Positions 36,097 through 45,834 of a DNA stretch of 64,000 nt are shown here, one piece after another; position 1 is the stretch's first letter, and each line of letters starts with the position of its first letter. The notes below the pieces were generated by a model. That model did no database searches. It had not been told where the DNA came from and saw only the letters and a list, made by a program, of their open reading frames with translations. Position numbers and translations under genes: made by a program. Origin of the DNA: Candidatus Latescibacterota bacterium (lineage in GTDB: Bacteria > Latescibacterota > UBA2968 > UBA8231); assembly GCA_965203355.1 (NCBI GenBank), contig OZ241889.1:3328001-3392000 (forward strand), written 5' to 3'.

Positions 36097-38040
36097 ATGC
36101 CCGGTAATTTTACCTATCGCTCGTTCGCCGTGGGCGCGTTGCTCTCGCTGGCGATCAACATGTTCTTCGCCTACGCCCGGCTGGCGATGGCCACCGCGGG
36201 CATGTCCTCGGATTACATCACCGCCGGCGCGGTTTTCCTGTTTTTCCTGGTGGTGGCTTTTATCAATCCCGCGCTCAAGCTAATGCGCCGTTCTTGGGGC
36301 TTTAATCGCTCCGAATTGATCGTCATTTACGCGATGATGATCATCGGCTCGGCGATTCCTACGTGGGGATTTACGGGCAATTTGATCGCCATGTTGCCCA
36401 ACATTTACTACTATGCTACGCCCGAAAACAACTGGTCGGAATTGTTGCATCCTTATGTCCGCGAGTGGATGGTGCCGCAGGATCCAGACGCGATCAAGTA
36501 TTTCTTCGAGGGCTTGCCCAAAGGGCAACCCATTCCTTGGGAACACTGGATGGTGCCGCTGGCGGCTTGGGTCTCGTTCATTTTGGCGATCTACTTGATG
36601 ATGATTTCCATTGCGTCGATCGTCCGCCGCCAATGGGTTGACTACGACCGCTTGACCTTTCCGCTGTTGCAGTTACCTATCGACTTGACCGAAGAAGGCC
36701 AGCGCGGGGCCATCATCGGGCCGCTGTTCAAAAAGCCGCTTTTGTGGATCGGGTTTGCGCTGCCTTTTGTGCTACACAGTACCAACGCCCTAAACCACTA
36801 TTTTCCCTTTATCCCAGCGGTGCAGTTGCGCCACAACATCTCGCTGTTTAACAACGCGCTGGGGCTGACGACGAATGTGAACTTCGCGGCGCTGGGGCTG
36901 GCGTACTTTTTGAGCTTAGACGTGGGGTTGAGCATTTGGCTTTTCCACTTGTTGACCAAAGCGCAGATCACCACTGAGAATGTCCTCGGCTATTCACTGC
37001 CCGGCCGCCGCGATCTGTTTATGGAAGGCTCGATGTCGGTGTCCTACGAGGGGATGGGGGCCATGCTGGTGCTGGTGCTCTACGGGCTGTGGAACAGCCG
37101 CGGCTATCTGCGACGGGTCTGGCGCAAGGCGCTGTACAACGAGGGCGGGCTAGACGATTCGCAGGAGATACTCTCGTATCGGGCGGCGCTCATCATCTTG
37201 GTTTTGGCCAGCGCGTACGCTACCGTCTGGCTGACCTTATCGGGCATACCGTGGTGGGTGGCGCTGTTTTTTCTTTTTGTCGCCTTTTGCATCTTCTACG
37301 GATTGACGCGCATTGTCGCCGAGGGTGGGTTGGGTTTTGCGCGGGCGCAGATGACGGCGCAGCCGTTTGTGATTGATGCCGTGGGCACGGAGGCGATTGG
37401 GCCGTCCGGGTTGGTGAGTTTGGGGATGACCTTTAGCTGGGCGGGCGACCTGCGGACTATGGTGATGGCCTCGGCGATCAACGGGCTCAAGCTGGCCGAT
37501 GTGGGCCAAGTGCGCGGGCGACCGCTGTTTTGGGCGTTGATGCTCTCGATTGTGGTCGGCTTGGCTGGCTCGATCTGGATGGTGGTGTGGATGGGCTACC
37601 AGTACGGGGGAATCAATTTAGACTGGTGGTTCTACAATCGCTTCGGCGAGATCATCCACGGCGACTCGGCCTACAAGATCGCCAATCCAAGGCACCCCTT
37701 AAACGACTTTGGCGAGATCGGGCCGCGCTTCATGTTCGCGGGCATTGGCGCGGCGCTCATGGGGCTGTTGATGTACGCCCGGCACCACTTTCTCTGGTGG
37801 CCGGTACACTACCTCGGCTTCCCCATCGGCGCGACCCTGACGATCATCTGGACGTGGTTTGGGATTTTCATCGGCTGGGTTCTCAAGGCCCTAGTGCTCA
37901 AATACGGCGGCGTGACGCTCTACCGGCAGCTACGGCCTTTGTTTTTAGGGTTGATTTTAGGACACATTTTTGTCTCGGGATTCTGGGTGTTCTTCGACTA
38001 TGTCACCGGGGAGACCGGCAATCGAATTCCGATTTTTTGA
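36097..38040 (+). CDS. DUF6785/DUF6784-type polytopic membrane protein (copy 2)
   Basis: FNRSELIVIY, YYATPENNW, QW..DRLTFPL, WWPVHYLG, LKYGG..PLFLGLILG. Confidence 0.8.
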   Translation: MPGNFTYRSFAVGALLSLAINMFFAYARLAMATAGMSSDYITAGAVFLFFLVVAFINPALKLMRRSWGFNRSELIVIYAMMIIGSAIPTWGFTGNLIAMLPNIYYYATPENNWSELLHPYVREWMVPQDPDAIKYFFEGLPKGQPIPWEHWMVPLAAWVSFILAIYLMMISIASIVRRQWVDYDRLTFPLLQLPIDLTEEGQRGAIIGPLFKKPLLWIGFALPFVLHSTNALNHYFPFIPAVQLRHNISLFNNALGLTTNVNFAALGLAYFLSLDVGLSIWLFHLLTKAQITTENVLGYSLPGRRDLFMEGSMSVSYEGMGAMLVLVLYGLWNSRGYLRRVWRKALYNEGGLDDSQEILSYRAALIILVLASAYATVWLTLSGIPWWVALFFLFVAFCIFYGLTRIVAEGGLGFARAQMTAQPFVIDAVGTEAIGPSGLVSLGMTFSWAGDLRTMVMASAINGLKLADVGQVRGRPLFWALMLSIVVGLAGSIWMVVWMGYQYGGINLDWWFYNRFGEIIHGDSAYKIANPRHPLNDFGEIGPRFMFAGIGAALMGLLMYARHHFLWWPVHYLGFPIGATLTIIWTWFGIFIGWVLKALVLKYGGVTLYRQLRPLFLGLILGHIFVSGFWVFFDYVTGETGNRIPIF

Positions 38041-38053
38041 GGAGGAAAAATCA

Positions 38054-39082
38054 ATGCAAGCAGCAGACCGAGCAAGCATTGGCCCGCACGGCTTGGAGGT
38101 AACGCGCTTGGGGTTGGGCGGCACGACCTTTGGCAATATGTACTCGGTGCTGAGCGAGCAGGAGGGGTTGGCCGTGCTAGACGCGGCCTTTGCGGCTGGG
38201 GTGCGCTACTTTGACACGGCGCCGCTGTACGGTTACGGCCTGAGCGAGACGCGCTTGGGGCCGGGGCTGGCGCGCTACAACCGCGACGAGATCGTCCTGT
38301 CCTCGAAAGTGGGCTATGCGCTGGCCGAGCGAAAGCCCGGCGACCGCTACGTCGAGCTGTTCGTCGACGCGCCTGAGATGACCAGCTATTTCGATTACTC
38401 GCGCGACGCGGTGCTGCGTTCGATTGAGGGGAGTTTGGCGCGGCTCAAAATGGATCGCCTCGACATGGTGCTGATCCACGACCCGGACGAGTCGAGGAGC
38501 ATTGAGCCGGATTGGACGCCGGGCGAGCGGGGATACTTCGATCAAGTGATGGCCGAAACCTATCCTGCGCTCGACGAGCTGCGCCAGCAAAAGGTGATCA
38601 AGGCCCTCGGCTTGGGCATGAACCAGTGGCAGATGCTGGCCGACTTTGCCCGGGCTGGGGATTTCGACGCCTTTTTGCTGGCTGGCCGCTATACGCTGTT
38701 GGAGCAGGAATCGCTGCGCGAGTTGTTGCCGCTGTGCTTGGAGCAGGGGGTGCGGATCGTCATTGGCGGGCCGTACAATTCGGGCATTTTGGCTACCGGA
38801 GCGGTCGCCGGTGCGCGTTACAACTACGCGCCCGCACCGCGCGATGTGCTGGAAAAGGTGCGCCGCATTGAAGCGGTTTGTGCGCGGCACCGGGTGCCTT
38901 TGCCGGCCGCGGCGCTGCAATTTCCCTTTGGCCATCCGGCCGTGGCGACCGTCATTCCCGGGGCGCGGACCGTCGCGGAAGTCACCGCCAATGTGGATTG
39001 CTTAGCGCACGCCATTCCCGCCGACTGTTGGGCCGAGCTCAAACGAGAAGGGCTGATCGATGCGGCGGCGCCCACGCCTTAG
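38054..39082 (+). CDS. Aldo/keto reductase (D-threo-aldose/L-fucose dehydrogenase-like)
   Basis: YFDTAPLYGYGLSE, FDYSRD, IHDPD, LLAGRYTLLEQ, GGPYNSGIL. Confidence 0.88.
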   Translation: MQAADRASIGPHGLEVTRLGLGGTTFGNMYSVLSEQEGLAVLDAAFAAGVRYFDTAPLYGYGLSETRLGPGLARYNRDEIVLSSKVGYALAERKPGDRYVELFVDAPEMTSYFDYSRDAVLRSIEGSLARLKMDRLDMVLIHDPDESRSIEPDWTPGERGYFDQVMAETYPALDELRQQKVIKALGLGMNQWQMLADFARAGDFDAFLLAGRYTLLEQESLRELLPLCLEQGVRIVIGGPYNSGILATGAVAGARYNYAPAPRDVLEKVRRIEAVCARHRVPLPAAALQFPFGHPAVATVIPGARTVAEVTANVDCLAHAIPADCWAELKREGLIDAAAPTP

Positions 39083-39119
39083 TTTAGGTATTCCCCATTC
39101 ACGACGAGGAGTAAGCACC

Positions 39120-41603
39120 ATGTCCAACTGGCCGATGCTCAAGCACTACGATCGCGATCATCTCGCCCGCATTGCCATGCCCATTGGCGGCATTGGCACG
39201 GGCACGGTTTCACTGGGCGGACGCGGGGATTTGCGCGATTGGGAACTGATGAACCGCCCGGCCAAGGGATTTGTGCCAAAGCGCGAAGGGAGCCGAGAAG
39301 GCGGCCCATTTTTTGCCCTGTACGCCAAACCCGCTGGCGGCCCTTCCGTCGCCCGGGCGCTCGAAGGGCCGGTGGATGTAGCCTCATACCAAGGTGCGAG
39401 CGGCAGTGTGGCGGTCAATCACGGCTTGCCGCGCTTTGCACACTGTGCGTTTGCCGCGGCCTATCCGCTGGCCGCGGTCCAGCTGTCCGATCCACAAGTT
39501 CCGGTCGCGGTTTGTCTCGAAGCGTTTAACCCGCTCATTCCCGCCAACGCCGATGACAGCGGCATCCCCATCGCGGTGCTGCGCTATACGCTGACCAATC
39601 GGACCAACAAGCGCGTTTCGGCTTCGGTGTGCGGCTCGCTGCCCAATTTCATTGGCAACGATGGCGTGGAAGCGTTGGCGCGGGCCAATCGCAACAGCTT
39701 TCGCCAAGCCAGGCATTGTCAGGGCATTTTCATGAATAGCGAAGGGGTTGATCCGGGCGCCATCAGCTACGGCACGATGGCCCTGACCACCACGGCCAAA
39801 ACCGGCCTTACCTATCGCACGGCTTGGAAAAAAGCCGGGTGGGGCACGTCGCTGCTCGACTTTTGGGACGACTTTGCCGCCGACGGACGAGTGGAAAATC
39901 GCCCCAGCGAAGGAGCGGACATGCCGAGTGCGTCGCTCGCGGTGCGCACCACCATTTTGCCCCGGGCGCACAAGACCATCGCCTTTTTGCTAACGTGGCA
40001 CTTTCCCAATCGGCACACGTGGTCGCCGGGCGACGATCCCTATATTGGCAACTACTATGCGAAGCACTATGGCAATGCGTGGGACGTGGCCGACCAAACC
40101 GCGCCGAGGCTCAAAAAGCTCGAGCAACAGACCGTGCGCTTTGTCTCCGCCTTCGCGGCCAGCGACCTGCCCGCGGTCGTAAAGGAAGCCGCTCTGTTCA
40201 ATCTCAGCACCCTGCGGACGCAAACGTGCTTTCGCACGCCCGATGGACGTTTATTTGGCTGGGAAGGATACAACGATCACAGCGGCTGCTGCATGGGTTC
40301 CTGTACGCATGTGTGGAATTACGAGCAAAGTACGGCGTTCCTCTTTGGCGAGCTGGCCCGCACGATGCGCGATACCGAATTCAAGTACGCCACCGACGAC
40401 CAGGGCCTGATGAACTTTCGCGTCCACTTGCCGCTCAGCCGCGCCCAAGAATTTGGCAAAGCCGCGGCCGACGGTCAGCTCGGCTGCATTATGAAAGTCT
40501 ATCGCGACTGGCAGCTTTGCGGCGACGATGCCTTCCTACAATCGCTTTGGCCAAAGGTCAAAAAGGCCCTTGAGTTTTGCTGGATCGAAGGGGGATGGGA
40601 CGGCGATGGCGACGGGGTTATGGAGGGCTGTCAGCACAATACCATGGATGTTGAATACTACGGCCCTAATCCACAAATGGGGATCTGGTATCTGGGTGCT
40701 CTGCGCGCCGGCGAGGAAATGGCGGCCTACCTGGGCGAAGCCGACTTTGCCCAAACCTGCCGGCGGCTCTACAAGCGTGGCCGCGCCTACCTTGACGAGC
40801 AATTGTTCAATGGCGAATACTACGAGCATCGCATTGAGCCACCGCAAAAAGTGGCCGCATCGCTGCGGTTGGGCATGGGCGCGGCCGAACTCTCCGATCC
40901 CGATTACCAACTCGGGCGCGGTTGTCTGGTCGATCAGCTCGTCGGCCAGCTTTTCGCCCACGTCTGCGGCTTGGGCTATCTAACCAAACGCGCCCACGTG
41001 CGCCAAACGCTCAGGAGCATCCGCCAGTACAACCACCGCAAAAAGCTGACGGGTCACTTCAACTGCATGCGCTCTTATGCCTTGGGCGATGAAGCGGCCT
41101 TGCTCATGGCGAGCTATCCCCACGAGCGGCCCGACAACCCCTTTCCCTATTTCACGGAAGTGATGACCGGGTTTGAATACACGGCGGCGATTGGCATGCT
41201 CTACGAGGGGCAGCGCAAAAACGGGCTGCAAACCATGCGCGACATTCGCAATCGCTACGATGGAGCCAAACGCAGTCCCTTTGACGAAGCCGAATGCGGT
41301 CATCACTACGCCCGGGCCATGGTGGCTTGGGCCGGGGTGCTGGCGCTGACGGGGTTTCATTATTCGGGGGTTACAAAGTCCATCGCCTTTGCCGCCGAGC
41401 TAGGGCGCTTTTTCTGGTCCAATGGCGCTGCTTGGGGTACGGTGCGGATTGCCCGGTGCGCGTCGGGCTATCGCATTGTCTTGGATGTTTTGTATGGGCA
41501 GATCAAAGTTAAGCATTTCAGGCTGACCGGCGTGGGCGAGCACACCTTTGATCGGGTGCTCGTGCTGCGCGAGCATAGTCAGCGGACTTTTGTCGTGGGA
41601 TGA
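39120..41603 (+). CDS. Glycoside hydrolase family 116
   Basis: MPIGGIGTG, SCTHVWNY, AADGQLG, QHNTMD, FNGEYY, EVMTGFEY, ECGHHYAR. Confidence 0.9.
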   Translation: MSNWPMLKHYDRDHLARIAMPIGGIGTGTVSLGGRGDLRDWELMNRPAKGFVPKREGSREGGPFFALYAKPAGGPSVARALEGPVDVASYQGASGSVAVNHGLPRFAHCAFAAAYPLAAVQLSDPQVPVAVCLEAFNPLIPANADDSGIPIAVLRYTLTNRTNKRVSASVCGSLPNFIGNDGVEALARANRNSFRQARHCQGIFMNSEGVDPGAISYGTMALTTTAKTGLTYRTAWKKAGWGTSLLDFWDDFAADGRVENRPSEGADMPSASLAVRTTILPRAHKTIAFLLTWHFPNRHTWSPGDDPYIGNYYAKHYGNAWDVADQTAPRLKKLEQQTVRFVSAFAASDLPAVVKEAALFNLSTLRTQTCFRTPDGRLFGWEGYNDHSGCCMGSCTHVWNYEQSTAFLFGELARTMRDTEFKYATDDQGLMNFRVHLPLSRAQEFGKAAADGQLGCIMKVYRDWQLCGDDAFLQSLWPKVKKALEFCWIEGGWDGDGDGVMEGCQHNTMDVEYYGPNPQMGIWYLGALRAGEEMAAYLGEADFAQTCRRLYKRGRAYLDEQLFNGEYYEHRIEPPQKVAASLRLGMGAAELSDPDYQLGRGCLVDQLVGQLFAHVCGLGYLTKRAHVRQTLRSIRQYNHRKKLTGHFNCMRSYALGDEAALLMASYPHERPDNPFPYFTEVMTGFEYTAAIGMLYEGQRKNGLQTMRDIRNRYDGAKRSPFDEAECGHHYARAMVAWAGVLALTGFHYSGVTKSIAFAAELGRFFWSNGAAWGTVRIARCASGYRIVLDVLYGQIKVKHFRLTGVGEHTFDRVLVLREHSQRTFVVG

Positions 41604-41617
41604 AAGGAGCATACAAC

Positions 41618-41872
41618 ATGACGCGCTACACCCGCATTGGCCTGACCGGGGCCAACGGCACCATCGGCCGCGTGCTGCTGGCCGGCTTGGCCGCCGAATA
41701 CGAGTTCAAAGCGTTCACGCGCCGCCCGGTTGATTTTCCCACCACTATAGTCAACTTCGACCGCGCCGCTGAGGTCGAAGGGGCTTTTGCGGGCTTGGAG
41801 GCAACCGAGAAAAACTTGGGTTATGTGCCGCAAGACGATGCCGAGGAGTACTTTCGCCAAGTGGAAGGGTAG
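41618..41872 (+). pseudogene. NAD-dependent epimerase/uronate dehydrogenase-like gene with in-frame internal deletion
   Basis: Rossmann start LTGANGTIG..AFAGLEA joined directly to C-terminal LGYVPQDDAE; only 84 aa. Confidence 0.75.
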
Positions 41873-42073
41873 TTCGCGGAACGTCCGTACGCCCGCGGCG
41901 ACGTCCAACAATGGCGAAACGAATTGGTGCCGATTGACGGAGCGTCCGCCCGCCGCGCCGTCTTGAACAATAGCTTTCTTGGGCGTATCTTCTAGGACTA
42001 CCATTTTGTCCTCTGTATTTGCTAGATAATTCTAGACAAAGTCGGGGACTTTACCTTTAGAAAGGATTCAGGC

Positions 42074-43021
42074 ATGACTTTCCCCCCCACATCGCAAATT
42101 CGCGTAGTTCCCTTGCTCATCGCAGCCTTCAGCATTCTGCTGCCGCAGATGGCGTCGGCTGGTGCTTGGACGCTTGGAAAGGGCCACGTGTGGAGCAAAA
42201 TCACCTACATGTCGCTATCGACGGACGAGCATTACGATAATGACGGCAAGGCGCAGACCATTCCCGCCCGCTATAAGTCTAAGCAGGTCTATTTCGACCT
42301 TCGCTATGGCGTGACGGACCAGATCGACCTCGGTCTCTTGGTTCCCTATATCAGCAATGAGTTTGTCGATGTTAGTCCCGAGCATCCTTTCTATGGAGAA
42401 CCAGATAAAAAGGATTCGGGCTTGGGCGATCTGCGCGGATTTGCCAAAGTCAATCTCTTGAACCGGGCCGGTCGAGTGGGCACCCTGAGATTTGGCTTCA
42501 AAGCCCCCATGGGCGACTATAGGGAAGTGCCCGAGGCCCTTTCCATAACCGGTGGCCAATGGGACTTTGACATTGCCGCGCAAATCGGCGGTTCTTTTCA
42601 TCCCGTTCCCATGTACTCCAATGTCGATTTTGGGTATCGCTGGCGCGGAAAATACGAGGATGACGACACCGAGCCGGTCGATCGCAGCTACACCCCGGGT
42701 GGAGAGTTCTTTTTTAACGTTGAGCTAGGCTATAGCCCGATGGACAAATTCCTCGTCGCCCTCAAGGGCGAAGGCTTCATCGGCGCGGAGTACGATGCCA
42801 TAAACAACCCCGGCAACGAAGAGCAGCTCAGCCAAAGCGTCTCCTATGTGGTGCCGACGGTTTTGGTTGCTGTCACGCCCAACTGGAGTGTTGAAGGTGC
42901 CGTGCGCATGGCGCTCGCTGGCAAGCGGTATTTCGCTGGCCCGACCTATGCGGTGGGGCTTTCTTACTCGGGCAACATGCTTGGGAAAGCGATTGATCAG
43001 GCGACTCTTTCGTCTATGTAG
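42074..43021 (+). CDS. Putative outer-membrane beta-barrel protein (transporter family)
   Basis: Signal peptide ending ASA-GAWT, RYGVTD, DSGLGDL, KAPMGDY, alternating beta strands. Confidence 0.65.
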   Translation: MTFPPTSQIRVVPLLIAAFSILLPQMASAGAWTLGKGHVWSKITYMSLSTDEHYDNDGKAQTIPARYKSKQVYFDLRYGVTDQIDLGLLVPYISNEFVDVSPEHPFYGEPDKKDSGLGDLRGFAKVNLLNRAGRVGTLRFGFKAPMGDYREVPEALSITGGQWDFDIAAQIGGSFHPVPMYSNVDFGYRWRGKYEDDDTEPVDRSYTPGGEFFFNVELGYSPMDKFLVALKGEGFIGAEYDAINNPGNEEQLSQSVSYVVPTVLVAVTPNWSVEGAVRMALAGKRYFAGPTYAVGLSYSGNMLGKAIDQATLSSM

Positions 43022-43042
43022 TAGAAAAAGTTTTTCATACCC

Positions 43043-43082
43043 ACAGGGGGAGGGATCTTTGGATCTCTTCCCCTGTTTTTTG
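43043..43082 (+). terminator. Rho-independent terminator
   Basis: ACAGGGGGAGGGATC-TTTG-GATCTCTTCCCCTGT followed by T-tract. Confidence 0.75.
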
Positions 43083-43101
43083 TTTAGCGAGGAGCAGCGA
43101 C

Positions 43102-43893
43102 ATGAGTACCCCGAACATTACTTTGGCTTCGGGCCACGCCATTCCGCAGTTGGGCTTGGGCACTTGGATGTTGCGCGGCCAGCCGTGCAAAGACGTGGTC
43201 AAAGAGGCCCTCGAACTGGGTTATACGCATTTGGACTCGGCTTGGATGTACCAGAATCAGGACGCCATCGGCCAGGTTCTCAAGGAGGTTGGGGCCGACC
43301 GGGACCGGCTCTTCATCACTTCTAAAATCTGGCATTCGCACTTGGAGTACGAGGCGACCTTGGCGCAGATGGAGGAGATCCTGCGCGATCTGCAAACCGA
43401 ATACGTCGATCTTTTGCTCATTCACCATCCCGGGCACGGCGTACCCGTCGAGCGCACCTTGGCCGCTTTTGAAAAAATCCACCAAGCCGGCCAGGCCAAA
43501 AGCATTGGCATCAGCAATTTCAGCGCAGCGCAGACCGATCGCGCACGGGCCGCTACCGGCTTGCCGATTTGCACCAATCAGGTGGAATACCATCTGCGCC
43601 ACAATCGCGCCAGGCTGCGCCGCCATTGCCACGCCCACAACGTGGTGCTGACGGCGCATCGCCCGCTGGCCCAAGGCGAACTGGCCCGCGACGAGGTTCT
43701 GCAACAGGTGGCTGCCGATCGCGGCAAGACCCCAGCGCAAGTAGCGTTGAAATGGCTTTTGCAAAAGGACCTGATCGTCATCCCCAAGGCCAGCTCAACG
43801 GCCCATTTGCGCGATAATCTGGCCTTGTTCGACTGGCAGCTAGGGGACGAGGAAATGGCGCGTCTCGACGGCGTGGGGACCGATCCGGACTAG
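43102..43893 (+). CDS. Aldo/keto reductase (2,5-diketo-D-gluconate reductase-like)
   Basis: LGLGTW, LFITSKIW, SIGISNF, NQVEYH, IPKASS. Confidence 0.92.
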   Translation: MSTPNITLASGHAIPQLGLGTWMLRGQPCKDVVKEALELGYTHLDSAWMYQNQDAIGQVLKEVGADRDRLFITSKIWHSHLEYEATLAQMEEILRDLQTEYVDLLLIHHPGHGVPVERTLAAFEKIHQAGQAKSIGISNFSAAQTDRARAATGLPICTNQVEYHLRHNRARLRRHCHAHNVVLTAHRPLAQGELARDEVLQQVAADRGKTPAQVALKWLLQKDLIVIPKASSTAHLRDNLALFDWQLGDEEMARLDGVGTDPD

Positions 43894-44010
43894 ATCGTCG
43901 TGGTTGGTTCAGGAATAGCACAACGCATACTCGACAACGCCCAAGATTAGGCCGATCGTTGGACCCACCAAACCCAGAAAATCCCAAAGACGAGGACGCA
44001 GGAGAAACGG

Positions 44011-45834
44011 GTGGTTGATAGATACGCCATGATCGCTGGGCTACGGGCCGGGCACTTGGGCTGGCTCGTCTTCGCCCTCGCCTTCGCGGTGCGGGTCGCC
44101 TATGTCTTCGAAGCGGATGCGAGTCCGCTTTTTGCCCATCCGGCGGTCGATGCCAAGACGTACACGCACCACGCCCAGCGTTTGGCAGCGGGCAACTGGT
44201 TGGGCGTTGGCGAGGGGCCGTTTTGGCAGCCGCCGCTCTATCCGTACTGCCTCGGGGCGGTAAAAGCTCTTTTTCCCGCGTCGTTTTTTTATGCCGTGCG
44301 CTTGGTCCAGGCCCTGCTAGGGGCGCTGGTCTGCGCGATGAGTTGGTGGCTCGGGCGCACCTTGTTCAATCCGGCCGTGGGGGTTTTGGCGGGGATTGGC
44401 GCGGCGCTGTGTGGGCCGCTGATTTTTTTCGACGGCGAGTTGCTGCCGGCTTCACTCGCCGCCTTCGTCGATCTGCTGGCCCTAGTGCTGCTTGTGCGCG
44501 TCTGGCGTCGCCCGACCCATTGGGGATTTTGGGGGGCTGGGGTGGCCTTTGGCCTGGGTGCGTTGGCCGTGCCGACCGTGCTGACTTTTGCGGTCGCCGT
44601 GCCCATCGCTCTCCTGTGGAGTGCGCCCCGGCGGCCGGGTTTGGGCTGGGCTGGTGCGTTTTCACTCGGAGTCGTATTGGCCATCGCGCCGGTGGCGTGG
44701 CGCAACCTCGCCATTGGCGGCGACGGGGTGGGGATTTCCTACAACGCGGGGATCAACCTGTACATCGGTAATAACCCCGACTATGCCGAGACGGTGGCCA
44801 TCCGCCCGGGATGGGAGTGGGACGATTTAGTTACCCAACCGGCGCGGGCGGGGATTGAGCGGCCAGCGGCTAAGTCGGCTTACTTTGCCGAGCGAGTTTG
44901 GGACTACATCCGCGGCGATCCAACGGGGTGGCTGGGGCTGATGGGGCGCAAGCTATGGGCGTTTTGGCACGGCGACGAGCGGGGGCGCAATCAGCCGATT
45001 TACTTCTGGCGCACGTACTCAACGGTGCTGTCGGCGACGCTGTGGAAAGCGGGCCTTGCCTTCCCCGTTGGCTTAGTGGCCCCTTTGGCCCTGTGGGGCA
45101 TGTTGCTGAGTCTGCGGCGGATTGGGCCGACGTGGCCGCTGCTGTACGTGCTGTGCTACTGTTTGGGGGTGGTGGCGTTTTTTGTGGCGGCGCGCTATCG
45201 GGTGCCCGTGCTGCCGGTGCTCATGGTCTTTGCCGCCTATGGGGTGTGGGTGCTGTGGGACTGGGGACGGGCGGGCTGTTGGCGCGACGCCGGGCTGGGG
45301 TTGGCCGTCTGTTTGGTCTTTGCGTTGGCGGCCAACCGGTCGCTAACGCCGATGGACATGGAAGGGGATGCGGCCATTCACTACAATTTGGGCAATGCGT
45401 ATGCCGAGGCCGGCGACAAAGAGCGCGCCCGAGCGGCGTTTGAGCGGGCCGTGGCCGAGGATCCCGAGTACTGGCAGGCCTGGTTAAATTTGGGCGGGGT
45501 CGAGGCGGCGTTGGGCGATCTCGCTCGCGGGGAAGAAATTTTTGCGCGGGTGGCGCAAAAGGCCCCGCGGCGAGTCGAGCCGTGGATGAACTTGGCGCAC
45601 GTGCGGATCATGCAGCGAGACTTGGAGGGCGCCTTTAGCTGTTACGAGTCTGCGCTCGCGGCGAATCCCAACTTCCTCCCGGCCTACGCGGAGATGATCC
45701 GCCTCTACGGGCAACGGGGCGATCTGGCCCGCGCCGCGCACGTCCTCCAACGAGCCGTTGATCGGTTGCCCGCCGAGCGCGGGCGGCTAGAGCGGCTGTA
45801 CGGACAGCTACTCAACGCGGCTGGACGACCTTGA
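44011..45834 (+). CDS. GT-C (ArnT/PMT-like) membrane glycosyltransferase with C-terminal TPRs
   Basis: PFWQPPLYPY, multiple TMs, GINLYIGNNP, ARYRVP, TPRs HYNLGNAY, AWLNLG; start may be 44029. Confidence 0.78.
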   Translation: MVDRYAMIAGLRAGHLGWLVFALAFAVRVAYVFEADASPLFAHPAVDAKTYTHHAQRLAAGNWLGVGEGPFWQPPLYPYCLGAVKALFPASFFYAVRLVQALLGALVCAMSWWLGRTLFNPAVGVLAGIGAALCGPLIFFDGELLPASLAAFVDLLALVLLVRVWRRPTHWGFWGAGVAFGLGALAVPTVLTFAVAVPIALLWSAPRRPGLGWAGAFSLGVVLAIAPVAWRNLAIGGDGVGISYNAGINLYIGNNPDYAETVAIRPGWEWDDLVTQPARAGIERPAAKSAYFAERVWDYIRGDPTGWLGLMGRKLWAFWHGDERGRNQPIYFWRTYSTVLSATLWKAGLAFPVGLVAPLALWGMLLSLRRIGPTWPLLYVLCYCLGVVAFFVAARYRVPVLPVLMVFAAYGVWVLWDWGRAGCWRDAGLGLAVCLVFALAANRSLTPMDMEGDAAIHYNLGNAYAEAGDKERARAAFERAVAEDPEYWQAWLNLGGVEAALGDLARGEEIFARVAQKAPRRVEPWMNLAHVRIMQRDLEGAFSCYESALAANPNFLPAYAEMIRLYGQRGDLARAAHVLQRAVDRLPAERGRLERLYGQLLNAAGRP

